Notes under the pieces: model-generated
Seen by the model: the letters and a program-made list of their open reading frames with translations, nothing else
Databases searched by the model: none
Told to the model about the DNA's origin: nothing
Assembly: GCA_015064855.1 (NCBI GenBank)
Contig: SVRK01000006.1
Span: forward strand, 6,698-70,697
DNA length: 64,000 bases
Reading direction: 5' to 3'
Source of the DNA: Oscillospiraceae bacterium
Lineage (GTDB): Bacteria; Bacillota; Clostridia; Oscillospirales; CAG-272
Made by a program: the position numbers and the translations under genes
Shown: positions 38,158-48,932 of the stretch, piece by piece
How positions within the stretch are numbered: position 1 is the first letter of the stretch
Layout: each line of letters opens with the position of its first letter

Positions 38158-39932
38158 TTGCGCTTTCTCCTAAAAATAACTACAAAGCCCACAATAAGAG
38201 TTAGTGCCGGTAATATAGTCAAGGAAGCTACGAAAATTGCAATAGCTTGTGTTTGAGTAATAGCAAGCGTATAGTTGTTGAACACCTTGAATTCAACGTC
38301 TGTTGGGAATGCTTGCTCGCCAAGAGTTGCATAAACAAGACGGCGAAGCATTTCTGTGTTAACGCTTGAAGAAATGATATGATAGTCATCGGCAAAATCA
38401 CCGCCGGCACATACCATAAGATACGAGTCAAAGTCGGCATTACCCTGATGACCGCCTCCCGGATTGGTTAGAGTACTTACCATATTGGTAATTGTCATAA
38501 GTGCAACCGGGGATTTGTTACCGGGAAGAACTCTTGATGGGAATTGCATAAGAATCTCGGATTGAGTAAATACGTTGTCACCGGTCCCTGCATTGCCGGG
38601 AAGATATTTTTCGTCAATGGTTAAATATACGGTATCGTTAACGATTGGCTGTCTTTCGGAGATTGAAAGCTCGTTGAAATAAGTGTTTGTAGCCTCGTTT
38701 GATGGGATAGTAGCCTTGAAGCCGTCGGGAGTTTTGTTAAGCGGGTCCTCTACCTTGCTTGTGTGAACGTTGATTCCGCCCACACTCTTGAAAAATCCAT
38801 AAAGATTTGTCATATCGCTAGATGGCACCTCAGGGTCTAGGAAGCACATAATGGTTTTATTATTATAAAGATAGCTTTCAAGTAGCTCTATCTCGTCGTC
38901 GTAATAGTCGCCCTGTGGCTCGTAAATAACTACCGCATCAGCATCGCTTGGAATAGAAGCTCTTTTTGCGAGGTCTTCACGATAAATGCTTGCTTTTTCA
39001 CCCTTGCAAGCGACACCATTAATGGTTCCGTCACACTCGAATGAGCTTGCGACTAAAGTTTTTTCTTCACCGCCAACGTTTATAACGGGCAATTTGGGGT
39101 CGTCAATGTCTATTCCCCAATCCCAAGTAGGGCTATATTGCTTTCCACACTTATCACAGGTGTATATTTGCTCCTCTAAATCAATCGCACGATATACGTA
39201 TCCTGCGTTTGTAAAGATTTTTGCAAGGTTAGAGAAGGTTACAATTTTAACGGGAGTGCCGTTTTCGTCATAGGCAAAATCAGAGCCCTCATCGTGATTT
39301 ATAACAAAGTAAACGGTGGGAACCCTATTCGTGGTTAGACGGATAACCGACTCAATAAGCACGACCTCGCCATTATATGCAAACAAAGAGGAGCTTGAGT
39401 CAGCAACGTAGAAGTCACCAGCTTGGAAAATTTCAAATTGTGTGTATTTTTCGCCCTCTGGCTCGGGAATGTCAGTACGTCTGACAACGACGCATTGGTC
39501 AATCATTTCCTTTTCAGCAATACCGAGTGAAAATTTGTTCACAAAATCGTGGTCGTCTGATGAGCGGTATGAAACGGTTATATTATCAAGCTCGTCTGCC
39601 AGATGCGTTACTGTTTGGTTAACGTAGGCAAGACCAACCTTGCCGTCAACTGATGAATAGTCGGATTCGATTTTGTCACGCGCCTGGAAGAAAATAATTT
39701 CAAGGCTAATTTCCTTATCAACAACCTGCTCCTGCATAACGGAAAGAAACTCGTCGGAGGCGGAATAAAATTGCTCATCGGTCATATCAACGAAAAGGTT
39801 GAAACGCTCGCAAAGGAAGGTGACGAGTGCGTTAAAAACAATTGTAATAACTATAAGTATAGCTAAAAAGCCTGCCAAAACTGCGCCGTATTTCATTTTG
39901 CGCTTGTTTGAAAATTTCTTTAGAAAATCCAT
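38154..39932 (-). CDS. GldG-like ABC transporter auxiliary component
   Basis: N- and C-terminal TMs; DMT..FYS, YNGE..ESVI and VYFVINHDE motifs. Confidence 0.75.
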   Translation of the reverse strand: MDFLKKFSNKRKMKYGAVLAGFLAILIVITIVFNALVTFLCERFNLFVDMTDEQFYSASDEFLSVMQEQVVDKEISLEIIFFQARDKIESDYSSVDGKVGLAYVNQTVTHLADELDNITVSYRSSDDHDFVNKFSLGIAEKEMIDQCVVVRRTDIPEPEGEKYTQFEIFQAGDFYVADSSSSLFAYNGEVVLIESVIRLTTNRVPTVYFVINHDEGSDFAYDENGTPVKIVTFSNLAKIFTNAGYVYRAIDLEEQIYTCDKCGKQYSPTWDWGIDIDDPKLPVINVGGEEKTLVASSFECDGTINGVACKGEKASIYREDLAKRASIPSDADAVVIYEPQGDYYDDEIELLESYLYNNKTIMCFLDPEVPSSDMTNLYGFFKSVGGINVHTSKVEDPLNKTPDGFKATIPSNEATNTYFNELSISERQPIVNDTVYLTIDEKYLPGNAGTGDNVFTQSEILMQFPSRVLPGNKSPVALMTITNMVSTLTNPGGGHQGNADFDSYLMVCAGGDFADDYHIISSSVNTEMLRRLVYATLGEQAFPTDVEFKVFNNYTLAITQTQAIAIFVASLTILPALTLIVGFVVIFRRKRK

Positions 39933-39944
39933 TTTGGCACCTCC

Positions 39945-40679
39945 TTATGACAGTCTGCGTGCTTGGAAAACACGCTCACTTAAAAATAGAAAGATACCTG
40001 TTACCGATAGATAATAAATCAGTGCACCGATGTCAAAATATCCGTAAACGAATGCATCAAATCTGGCAAATGGTGAAAACCAGTCTATAACATATCTAAA
40101 AAGATATAAGCTGTCAGCGTTTAAAAGCGTGCTTGTGCCGTTTATGACAAGAAGGCCAAGTAAAATACCAACTGTAATAACAGCAGAGGCAAACATATTT
40201 TCGGTCAAGGTTGAAACGAAAATGCCTATTGCAATAAAGCACATTCCAAGCAAAATAAGCGCTGTAAAATTACCTATAATCATAGCAACATTAGGCGGTG
40301 TTGTACCTTCGGGAGTGAAAACGAACAACGTTATGAAATTCAAAAGAGAAAGTGCGATATAAATTATGTACATAGTAAAAGCACTTAAAAATTTGCCCAT
40401 GACAAGCGAAAAAATTGAATTCGGAGAGGTCAAAAGAAGCTGTTCGGTTTTAGTTCTTTTTTCCTCGCTGAAGCTACGCATTGTCAAAATGGGTAAGAAA
40501 ACTATCATAACGAAAAGAATAATAGAGAAGTAGCTTGAGGTATCCGAGGTGGGAGTTGAAGCTAAAATTGTGGAAACGGAAAATACGAAGCTCGATATGA
40601 TAAGCGCAATAGCTAGAAAAATATATCCTGTGGCTGTTGTGAAATACGAGCGCATTTCCTTTTTATATATCGCTAGCAC
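39945..40679 (-). CDS. ABC-2 permease (GldF-like)
   Basis: MLAIYKKEMRSYF, PILTMRSFSEEKRTKTEQLLLTSP and GKF motifs. Confidence 0.88.
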   Translation of the reverse strand: MLAIYKKEMRSYFTTATGYIFLAIALIISSFVFSVSTILASTPTSDTSSYFSIILFVMIVFLPILTMRSFSEEKRTKTEQLLLTSPNSIFSLVMGKFLSAFTMYIIYIALSLLNFITLFVFTPEGTTPPNVAMIIGNFTALILLGMCFIAIGIFVSTLTENMFASAVITVGILLGLLVINGTSTLLNADSLYLFRYVIDWFSPFARFDAFVYGYFDIGALIYYLSVTGIFLFLSERVFQARRLS

Positions 40680-41623
40680 TACTGATTATCTCCTTTCTCG
40701 TCTATTAGCTTAACGAACAAGTCCTCAAGCGTGATTTCAACGCCCTCCATAGCAAGGATAGGCCAGCCTCTTGAGGCTAGGGCAGTAAAGAGCATTTTTC
40801 TTATGTCAACTGCGCCCGAATATTCAATTATATAATTGAAGGCATCACCGTCGCGCACGCCGTCCTGAGTTACGCGAGTAACACTGTGTATACCCCTTAA
40901 GAGATTGAGAACCTCGCGGTTCGGACCTGCAATTTTGACGCGGAAACGGTTGTTTTGACCAAGAGTTTGGTTTAGTTGCGACGTTTTTTGGTCGGCAATT
41001 ATTTTTCCTTCGTTAATGATAACGATTCTGTCACAGATGGCTTGCACCTCTGTCAAAATATGGGTTGAGAGAATAACCGTGTGGTCCTTGCCTAGCGAAC
41101 GAAGTAGGTTTCTAACCTCTATAATTTGCTTTGGGTCAAGACCAACCGTCGGCTCGTCGAAAATAATTATTTCAGGGTTTCCGATAATTGCAGAGGCAAT
41201 ACCGACTCTTTGCTTGTAACCCTTTGAGAGATTTTTAATTAAACGCTTTTTAACATCGGCGATTTTTACAAGCTCGCATATCTCGTTAAGATGCGCCTTC
41301 TTGTTAAACGTGCAGGATTTAAGGTCGAAAACAAAAGAGAGATATTCCCAAACCGTCATATCGACGTAAAGCGGTGGCTGCTCAGGCAAAAATCCAATTT
41401 TGCTTTTGACTGCCTTCGGTTGTGTAAACACGTCGATACCATCAACTAAAACTGTGCCTGCGGATGGTGAAAGGTAGCCTGTTATTATATTCATTGTGGT
41501 TGATTTTCCTGCACCGTTAGGGCCGAGAAAACCAACGATTTCGCCCTTTTTAACTGTGAAGGAAACGCCATCAAGTGCATACTTGTTGCCAAATTTTCTA
41601 ACAAGGTTGTTAATTTCTATCAT
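40679..41623 (-). CDS. ABC transporter ATP-binding protein (GldA-like)
   Basis: GPNGAGKST, LSKGYKQR, DEPT and STH motifs; ATG 41623 after AGGAG. Confidence 0.92.
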   Translation of the reverse strand: MIEINNLVRKFGNKYALDGVSFTVKKGEIVGFLGPNGAGKSTTMNIITGYLSPSAGTVLVDGIDVFTQPKAVKSKIGFLPEQPPLYVDMTVWEYLSFVFDLKSCTFNKKAHLNEICELVKIADVKKRLIKNLSKGYKQRVGIASAIIGNPEIIIFDEPTVGLDPKQIIEVRNLLRSLGKDHTVILSTHILTEVQAICDRIVIINEGKIIADQKTSQLNQTLGQNNRFRVKIAGPNREVLNLLRGIHSVTRVTQDGVRDGDAFNYIIEYSGAVDIRKMLFTALASRGWPILAMEGVEITLEDLFVKLIDEKGDNQ

Positions 41624-41810
41624 GCTTTCTCCTAATAAACGCGCATATAATGCGCACATAATATTACAAAATAAAGTATAACATATATAATTGTAGAAAT
41701 CAATAACAATATTTTACAAAAAAATATTTTTCATTTATTTTTCACTTTGTTGACACAGGCTATATTTAGTGATAAAATAAACTATATAAACAAAAAAATG
41801 GAGATTTATT

Positions 41811-42728
41811 ATGATATACAAGTCTATGGAGGAATTGATAGGCAATACACCTCTGGTTGAGCTTTCAAAAATCCGAGAGGAGCTTTCCTTAAAAAGTAGA
41901 ATTATTGCAAAGCTGGAATTTTTAAATCCGGCGGGCTCTTCAAAGGATAGAGCCGCGAAAACAATATTAGACGAGGCGGAAGCCAAGGGACTTTTGAAAA
42001 AAGGCGACGTGGTAATTGAGGCAACCTCCGGCAACACAGGCATAGCGCTTTCCATGCTTGGCGCAATTCGCGGGTATAAGGTTATAATAGTTATGCCGGA
42101 TACTATGTCAAAGGAAAGAATTTCCATGATGAAGGCTTATGGTGCAGAGGTCATTTTGACGGATGGCGAAAAGGGAATGGCAGGGGCTAACCAAAAAGCG
42201 CTTGAAATCAAAGAGAAGACAGAGGGTGCATTTATGGCTTTGCAGTTTGAAAATCCATCAAATCCACACGCGCATTATCTTACAACAGGGCGAGAAATTT
42301 ATGAAAACACCGGGGGGAGTGTCGATATTTTTATTTCGTGCATTGGCACGGGCGGGACTCTTAGCGGAATCGGTAAATACCTCAAGGAGCAGAATCCTAA
42401 TATTAAAATTTATGGTGTTGAGCCTGACGGCTCGCCGCTTTTGACAAAAGGTATTAGCGGAAAGCATAAAATTCAAGGTATCGGTGCAAACTTCGTCCCC
42501 AAGACTTATGATGCATCGGTATGCGACAAGGTGTTTACAGTTAAGGACGAGGATGCATATGAGATGGCTAGGCTGATTTCAAAAAAAGAGGGCATCTGTG
42601 TCGGAATTTCCTCGGGCGCCGCGCTAAAATGCGCTATTGAAATAGCAAAAACAGAAGAAAATAAAAATATAGTAGTCCTTTTGCCCGATACAGGTATGCG
42701 ATATTTGTCGGACGGACTTTTTGACTAA
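41811..42728 (+). CDS. cysK: Cysteine synthase A
   Basis: NPAGSSKDR, TSGNTG, GTGGT, HKIQGIG and PDTGMRY motifs. Confidence 0.93.
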   Translation: MIYKSMEELIGNTPLVELSKIREELSLKSRIIAKLEFLNPAGSSKDRAAKTILDEAEAKGLLKKGDVVIEATSGNTGIALSMLGAIRGYKVIIVMPDTMSKERISMMKAYGAEVILTDGEKGMAGANQKALEIKEKTEGAFMALQFENPSNPHAHYLTTGREIYENTGGSVDIFISCIGTGGTLSGIGKYLKEQNPNIKIYGVEPDGSPLLTKGISGKHKIQGIGANFVPKTYDASVCDKVFTVKDEDAYEMARLISKKEGICVGISSGAALKCAIEIAKTEENKNIVVLLPDTGMRYLSDGLFD

Positions 42729-42752
42729 AATTAAGGAAACGGAGAAAATACA

Positions 42753-43451
42753 ATGGCTTCATATGGAGTAATATTCGACCTAGACGGAACGCTAGCTTAT
42801 ACGCTTGACGATATAATCACCGCCGTTAATAATATGCTTTCAAAATTGGGTTATAAGACTCGCACGAAAGCAGATATTCTTAAATTTATAAACAACGGAG
42901 CAAGAGAGCTTGTGCGCCGTGCTTTGCCAAAGCTAGTGCAAGAGTCTGAATTTATTGTTGACAGCGCCCTTGAGGTTTACGGAGATGAATATAAAAAATG
43001 TTATCTTGAAAAAACACATCCATACGACGGAATAATAGAGGTTCTTGAGGAACTAAAAAACGACGGTGTTAAAATTGCCGTTTTATCAAATAAGCAAGAC
43101 AAATTTGTTAAAGATATCATTTATAAGCTTTTTGGCAAGAATTTCTTTTCGTGCGTTCAGGGACAGGCATCGGGCATGCCGGCAAAGCCTGACCCAACGT
43201 ATAGCTTTTCCATCTGCAAGCAGATGGGAGTAAAGCCGTCAAATTGTTTTTTTGTTGGCGACTCTGATGTTGATATGAAAACCGCAAAGAACGCGGGTAT
43301 GGCCTCAATAGGTGTTCTATGGGGATACAGAGAAAAAACAGTTCTAGAGGAAGCCGACGCAACCTTTACAGCGGAAGCACCGGTTGATTTGCAAGAGATA
43401 TTAAAGGAACAAATTGCACTGAAAAAGCAAAATTCGAAAAAGAAAAAATAG
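42753..43451 (+). CDS. HAD-family phosphatase (Gph-like)
   Basis: FDLDGTL, SNK, KPDP and VGDSDVD motifs. Confidence 0.88.
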   Translation: MASYGVIFDLDGTLAYTLDDIITAVNNMLSKLGYKTRTKADILKFINNGARELVRRALPKLVQESEFIVDSALEVYGDEYKKCYLEKTHPYDGIIEVLEELKNDGVKIAVLSNKQDKFVKDIIYKLFGKNFFSCVQGQASGMPAKPDPTYSFSICKQMGVKPSNCFFVGDSDVDMKTAKNAGMASIGVLWGYREKTVLEEADATFTAEAPVDLQEILKEQIALKKQNSKKKK

Positions 43452-43715
43452 CGATACTTCGGTGTTTTAATCCTATATGTATAAAAAACGCGCGAAATTA
43501 ACAAAAAAATTAACATTAATCTGTAATTTGTTAATTTCGCCAAAAAATATAATAATTTTGAGAGAGATTCGGTCCTAAAACAGTAAGAAACAGACAGGTT
43601 TTTGTGCACATTTCACAAAAACCCATCTGTTTTTCTTTTTTGTTCAACTTGACAGTTTTCCACATATGTGTTAATATTATAAAGTAAAATAGAAATTTAA
43701 TTAGGAGAATTGTTT

Positions 43716-45743
43716 ATGAAAAAGAAAATTCTACTCGGCACTATAATAGCGATAGCAGTAATGTGCTTATTTGCTATTTCAATTTCCGCAACTGTTGTTA
43801 CAATAGACGACATCCAATATGACGTTTATACTGACGAAAGCGGAAACAATTTCGCTACAGTTTCAAACAAAAACAGAGGCACCTGCTCTTTGGAAACTGT
43901 AATAATTCCAAAAACCATTGACTATGAGGGTACTACCTACACAGTTAACAAAATGGAAGATTATGCGTTTGCAGGAAACTCAAGCATTGTTACATTTGTT
44001 GTTAAGCCTGCGCTTGCAAGATTTCCAAACTCTATGATTGAATCATCGCGTAACATTAAAAAGGTTTACGTTGATTTTTCTAACGTTACCGAAATCGGTT
44101 CAAGAGCATTTACCTTTGCTGAAAGAGATGACACAAACCCGGTAGAGGGTCAAGAGTTCAAGTTTTATACAGTTGCATCTTGGGAAGCCGGCAGTGACGT
44201 TGAAATTACGGAGGTTGATTTTGACAAGATAGTGTCTATCGGTTCTGGTGCGTTCAACAATGCAAGTCTTAAAAAGGTTACAATCGGAAAAAACTGTAAA
44301 TCTATCGGCATACAAACCTTTAGATTCAGTGACCTTGAGGATGTTACTGTAGAGAGCAACGTTGATATTCCGTACTACTTTGCTGCTCATGCACAACTTA
44401 AATATATAAAATTCGGTTCGCCATCAAGTATAGGCGGCTCTGCGTTCTCTACCAACACAAAGGTGATTTCCGTTATAGGCGATTTATCTAACTGTACGTC
44501 AATCGGTGGCGGTGCTTTCATTTTTGCAACGCAATATGATAGAGGTAATTCAACTGTTCAATGGTACAACCTTAAAGGCGAGCAGGTAGTTGACCTTTCC
44601 AATGTTACAAAAATTGAGGGCTCAGGTTTTGCAAGCTCAAACGTTGGTTCTGCAAAAATCATTTGGCCTAAGGCTCTTACTTCTATATCTGATCAAGCAT
44701 TTAGAAAAGCAAATATAAACCAACCTATTTATATCAATGCAGCGGCAGGTGCCAACGTTGAAATTACTCGTTGGATGTTTGATAGCAACCCATCAAATCT
44801 TTACGTGTATGGTCCTGGCGTTTATAGAGCAAACGGAATTTACAGTGCAGGTACTACGGTTGTTTCTCTTGCTGACCATTTAGAAATCCGTTATGACGCT
44901 TTCCAAGGAACAGGCTGCACACTTTACTCTAAATCATATACAATAACAGAGAACAACTCAGCGGTGGAAAAAGAGCTTAAAAATGCACCAACCGTTGTTG
45001 AGATCGCAAGCGGCACAGCAACTCCTTATAAGGGATGTGGCTTGGTTGTTGACTTGGTTTTGGCTGACGAATCAACTGTAAAAATCGACCGTGTTGTTCA
45101 CGAATATAAGGATTCGCTTGATATGACGGTTTGTCCTGCCGGCTCCGCTACTATTTATAAGTGCGATGGCTGTGGCGACACATATAAGGTAACTGACGAA
45201 GACGCATATATCTCCGATACGCACGAATTCAACGTTGAAAACGGTGCTACTATAATAAACATCGTTTATGAAAATTACTTCGCAAAGGGCGTTATTACAA
45301 AGGCTTGCGCTCATTGTGACGCAACCACAACACCTGATATTGAGGTTGAATCTGCAAAGCCTATGTTTGCACCTCTTGGATATTCAATGTCTGAGGAGGA
45401 ATCGAATGTTAAGTTCGTTGCTCACTTTGTTCAAGCGAATAGCGATGCTATCAAAGCATATGAAAATCTTACCGGAAAAGAGGTTAGATATGGAGTGCTT
45501 GGAGCTATCGCAGATGAATCCTGCAATCCACTTGAGGTTGATGAGAATGGCGTAATTATCACAAAGCCGGGTGCGGTTTACGCAAATATGACAGATACTG
45601 ATTATACAAATATCACTGTAAGAATTAACGGTATTTCATCCGGAGCAAAGGTACACTGTGGTGCTTACGTTATAGTTGACAATGTTCTTTCATATATATT
45701 TGACGACCAAATAAGCGACAAGGCGCACGTGTTTGAGCTATAA
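43716..45743 (+). CDS. Secreted BspA-type LRR protein
   Basis: Signal peptide; SIGxxAF LRRs; CxxC pairs; C-terminal PLGYS domain. Confidence 0.75.
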   Translation: MKKKILLGTIIAIAVMCLFAISISATVVTIDDIQYDVYTDESGNNFATVSNKNRGTCSLETVIIPKTIDYEGTTYTVNKMEDYAFAGNSSIVTFVVKPALARFPNSMIESSRNIKKVYVDFSNVTEIGSRAFTFAERDDTNPVEGQEFKFYTVASWEAGSDVEITEVDFDKIVSIGSGAFNNASLKKVTIGKNCKSIGIQTFRFSDLEDVTVESNVDIPYYFAAHAQLKYIKFGSPSSIGGSAFSTNTKVISVIGDLSNCTSIGGGAFIFATQYDRGNSTVQWYNLKGEQVVDLSNVTKIEGSGFASSNVGSAKIIWPKALTSISDQAFRKANINQPIYINAAAGANVEITRWMFDSNPSNLYVYGPGVYRANGIYSAGTTVVSLADHLEIRYDAFQGTGCTLYSKSYTITENNSAVEKELKNAPTVVEIASGTATPYKGCGLVVDLVLADESTVKIDRVVHEYKDSLDMTVCPAGSATIYKCDGCGDTYKVTDEDAYISDTHEFNVENGATIINIVYENYFAKGVITKACAHCDATTTPDIEVESAKPMFAPLGYSMSEEESNVKFVAHFVQANSDAIKAYENLTGKEVRYGVLGAIADESCNPLEVDENGVIITKPGAVYANMTDTDYTNITVRINGISSGAKVHCGAYVIVDNVLSYIFDDQISDKAHVFEL

Positions 45744-45849
45744 AATCAAAAGAAACCGAGAAATCGGTTTCTTTTTTATAAAAATTGATTTTCACAAAAA
45801 AACAAAATCACCCTGCCGTGGCAGGGTGATTTTTATTGCTAAATCCAAA

Positions 45850-46221
45850 TTATTTAACTTCTGCTTTTGCGCCAGCTTCTGTAAGTTGCTTAGCGATGTC
45901 TTCAGCTGTTTCCTTAGAAACTGCTTCCTTGATTGTCTTAGGAGCGCTCTCAACGAGTTCCTTAGCTTCCTTAAGACCAAGACCTGTAAGCTCTCTTACA
46001 ACCTTGATAACGTTGAGCTTGGATGCACCTGCTTCAACAAGTACAACGTCAAACTCTGTCTTCTCCTCAACAGGAGCTGCAGCAACAGCTGCGCCAGCAA
46101 CTGCAACAGGAGCTGCAGATACGCCGAATTCTTCCTCAACTGCCTTTACAAGATCAGCAAGCTCGAGAATTGAAAGTGTTTTGATTTCTTCAAGAATATT
46201 AGTAACCTTTTCGTTAGCCAT
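45850..46221 (-). CDS. rplL: 50S ribosomal protein L7/L12
   Basis: [16 protein letters not shown] and [12 protein letters not shown] motifs. Confidence 0.97.
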   Translation of the reverse strand: MANEKVTNILEEIKTLSILELADLVKAVEEEFGVSAAPVAVAGAAVAAAPVEEKTEFDVVLVEAGASKLNVIKVVRELTGLGLKEAKELVESAPKTIKEAVSKETAEDIAKQLTEAGAKAEVK

Positions 46222-46294
46222 GATAATTTATCCTCCGTAATTTAGATAATATAATTTTTCTTTTTAATTTGCGTTTTTTAAAGTAACGTTAAAC

Positions 46295-46807
46295 TTATTC
46301 AGCAGCTTCTACGCCGTTCTTTTGGTCGATAACTGCTTGGATAGCGCGAGCAAAGCCTGAGATAGGACCTTGGATGCTACCGAGGAATCTTGCAAGAAGA
46401 ACTTCCTTAGAAGGAATATCAGCAAGAGCCTTAACTGTGTTTGCATCAACAACTGCGTTCTCAAGGAAACCGCCTTTGATTTCAAAGGTTTCAACCTTGT
46501 CAGCAAATTCTTTTGCAATTTTTGCTGGAGCAATTGGATCGTCGTAACCGATAGCGATAGCGCTCATACCGTTAAGATTTTCCTTCATTGCTTCATAGCC
46601 TACTTCATCACAAGCACGACCAATAAGAGTATTTTTAATTACCATATAGTCAACGCCTGCTTTTCTGAAAGCGGCACGCATTTTGGTATCGTTTTCAACT
46701 GTGATACCTTGGTATTGAACAAGAACACCACTTTGCGCTCTCTTGATTTTTTCAACAAGATCAGCAACGATGGCTTGCTTTTGTTCAAGAACTGATTTAC
46801 TTGGCAT
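46295..46807 (-). CDS. rplJ: 50S ribosomal protein L10
   Basis: YQGITV..MR, VIKNTL and IKGG motifs; ATG 46807 after GGAGG. Confidence 0.95.
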   Translation of the reverse strand: MPSKSVLEQKQAIVADLVEKIKRAQSGVLVQYQGITVENDTKMRAAFRKAGVDYMVIKNTLIGRACDEVGYEAMKENLNGMSAIAIGYDDPIAPAKIAKEFADKVETFEIKGGFLENAVVDANTVKALADIPSKEVLLARFLGSIQGPISGFARAIQAVIDQKNGVEAAE

Positions 46808-46811
46808 AATA

Positions 46812-46970
46812 ACCTCCTTGTAAAATTTTGCAGGAGAAAAAGAAAAATCTTTTTCCGGGAAAAGCATAAATATCCACACCGAAAAAAGATTTATTAACTA
46901 TAAAATTATATAAATTCTTCCTCGGCAGGGAGCTAAATGCAATTACTGTGACCTGCTGTCTTTGGATTTG
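46812..46970 (-). ncRNA. L10 leader (rplJL autoregulatory RNA)
   Basis: Minus strand ccaAAGACAGCAGG...CCTGCCGAGG (46920-46965), between the promoter and rplJ. Confidence 0.75.
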
Positions 46971-46977
46971 CCTCAAC

Positions 46978-47006
46978 ATTATAGCATAGTGAAAATGCTT
47001 TGTCAA
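46978..47006 (-). promoter_or_regulatory. SigA promoter of rplJL
   Basis: TTGACA-17bp-TATAAT exact consensus. Confidence 0.85.
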
Positions 47007-47019
47007 GAGTTTTTTAAAA

Positions 47020-47973
47020 TTATTTTTTAATTTTTCTTATGTCGTTTCCAGTGAATAATTTAATATTAAATTCACCAAAAAGACGGCTTGTGATTCTGTC
47101 GTGATACTTGCTTCTGATTTCCTTGGAATTTAGGTTTGTGCTTGCAATTATTGGTAAATTCTTATTCAATCTTGTATTAATTATATTGTATAGACAAGCA
47201 ACAGTAAATGAGTTTACCGCCTCTGCGCCTAAATCGTCTATAATCAAAAGGTCGCAGTCAAGATACTTTCCCGAAATTGGCTCTTCTTCTGAAAATCTAT
47301 CTCTGAAACGGTCGTTATCAAAGTCGAAAAAGATATTTTGTGCCGTTTCGTAAATTACGTTGTAGCCCTTTTCGATAAGCTCCTTTGCAATAGCGGTTGA
47401 TAGGTGAGTTTTTCCAAGTCCTGTGCCGCCGACAAACAAAATATTTTCCTTTATTGTTCCAAAATCCTTAACGTAATTTTGGGCATAGTGAAGAAGCTCA
47501 CTCATTTCCTCCGAGTTTTCGTATTTTTCAAGAGAAAACGTTTGGAATGATTGTGTTTTTATTAAATTTGAAATGCCCGAGAGCTTAAATTGCTCCTCGA
47601 TAAGTCTGTTTTTGTAGCAGGAGCATAGCTTTCCGTTAGAAGACCCCCAGTCCTGGCACTTTGGGCAGTCGTGGTGAAGGTCAGTATAGTCCTCACTGTA
47701 TCCGTTTGCGAAAAGAAAGGATGCGCGATTCCTTTGAAGCTCAAAATTGCGCTCCTTTAGGTCATTTATTCGTTCAGTCAAGCCGTCCTTGCCCTTCAAG
47801 GCGCAAGCCATAATGTCAACGCCTGTTCTTGACAATTCCTTATCAATAGCTCTGATTTCGGGGATTTTGGAGTAAATTTCTAAAAGGCGCTGGTCACGAA
47901 TAGCCTCGTTTTTTAGCCTTTTTTGTTCAAACTCTTCATTAACTATATTAATAACTCTTTTTGAAAAGCTCAT
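47020..47973 (-). CDS. DnaC/IstB-like ATPase (helicase loader)
   Basis: CPKC..CSC zinc site, GGTGLGKTHL, LLIIDDLG and RITSRL motifs. Confidence 0.85.
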   Translation of the reverse strand: MSFSKRVINIVNEEFEQKRLKNEAIRDQRLLEIYSKIPEIRAIDKELSRTGVDIMACALKGKDGLTERINDLKERNFELQRNRASFLFANGYSEDYTDLHHDCPKCQDWGSSNGKLCSCYKNRLIEEQFKLSGISNLIKTQSFQTFSLEKYENSEEMSELLHYAQNYVKDFGTIKENILFVGGTGLGKTHLSTAIAKELIEKGYNVIYETAQNIFFDFDNDRFRDRFSEEEPISGKYLDCDLLIIDDLGAEAVNSFTVACLYNIINTRLNKNLPIIASTNLNSKEIRSKYHDRITSRLFGEFNIKLFTGNDIRKIKK

Positions 47974-48920
47974 TTTTTACTCCTTTCCTTTATTCTTTCG
48001 CTTGAACGCTTAAGTGCTGCCTCAAAAAAGTCGTCTGTGTCAAATGACGACATTGACAGCTTTTCCTTGTGGCTTTCCATAAGCCTTTGTGCATCCTCAA
48101 CCGTCTTAACGCCCGAGGCGAGCCAGTTTTCAAGAATTTTATTTGCGTAATTCCAGTTGGCGCCCTTGCCGTTGTCAACGGATATTTCGTACGCCATTTT
48201 AATGAGCTCGTAGCTTATTTTTGCATTTGCCCAAGCATCGAAAATTCCTTTTTCGCGCGCGGTGAACTCACGTCCGCCGACACCGAAAAGCTTTCTTACC
48301 TTATATTCAAGTGAGCGCTTGTTTCTACGTGCAGCAAAGTGCTCCTCTAATTTTTCGTAGGTGTCAATCCCCTCGTCGTAGAGAATTTTGGAGGTTTTTC
48401 TTATGTATGCCCAGTTCGAGGTGTTGTTTTCAACACAGTAGGCAAGAAGCATAAGAATATATTCGTCACTAAACTTGTAGTAATTTTTAATATGTAAAAG
48501 TGAGTTGTAGTCGGTAGGCGTAAAATCCTTTCCGAGTACGTTTGCGGCACAATCTGCAAGCATTTTGAAGCTTGGATTTGCATCAATTAATGCGGTGATT
48601 TGCGCGCCGGTGAATGAAGGAACAGAGTTGTCGGCTTCTGTAACTGATGATACAGTGTCCGGTGAAATATTATCAACGCCATCAAGCTCTAATATTCCGT
48701 TTTTTGCCCAAAAGCAAAGCGCACTTGTTACCTCGCTTGCAGTTAGGTCTAATTGCTTACATAAAGCGGGAATAGCCTTGTCAAAGTCGCAAAAATGACT
48801 TGAATAAGCGGATAAAACAAGGATAACCTTAAGCTCGTTTTCGCTGGCATTCTTGGCTAAATCAATAACGCCTGAGGGAAGATTTATGATGCTTCCCATA
48901 TATTTAATAGAAATCTTCAT
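47970..48920 (-). CDS. DnaD-domain replication protein
   Basis: Two DnaB_2-like repeats (YIRKT..GIDT; YANKILENWLASGVKT). Confidence 0.82.
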   Translation of the reverse strand: MKISIKYMGSIINLPSGVIDLAKNASENELKVILVLSAYSSHFCDFDKAIPALCKQLDLTASEVTSALCFWAKNGILELDGVDNISPDTVSSVTEADNSVPSFTGAQITALIDANPSFKMLADCAANVLGKDFTPTDYNSLLHIKNYYKFSDEYILMLLAYCVENNTSNWAYIRKTSKILYDEGIDTYEKLEEHFAARRNKRSLEYKVRKLFGVGGREFTAREKGIFDAWANAKISYELIKMAYEISVDNGKGANWNYANKILENWLASGVKTVEDAQRLMESHKEKLSMSSFDTDDFFEAALKRSSERIKERSKK

Positions 48921-48932
48921 TTTTCTTCTCCG

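Noticed and set aside
47020-48920. Prophage or IS21 replication module
   Set aside because: The DnaD-DnaC pair is embedded in a housekeeping operon (tsaD, rplJ) with no istA, integrase or phage genes.
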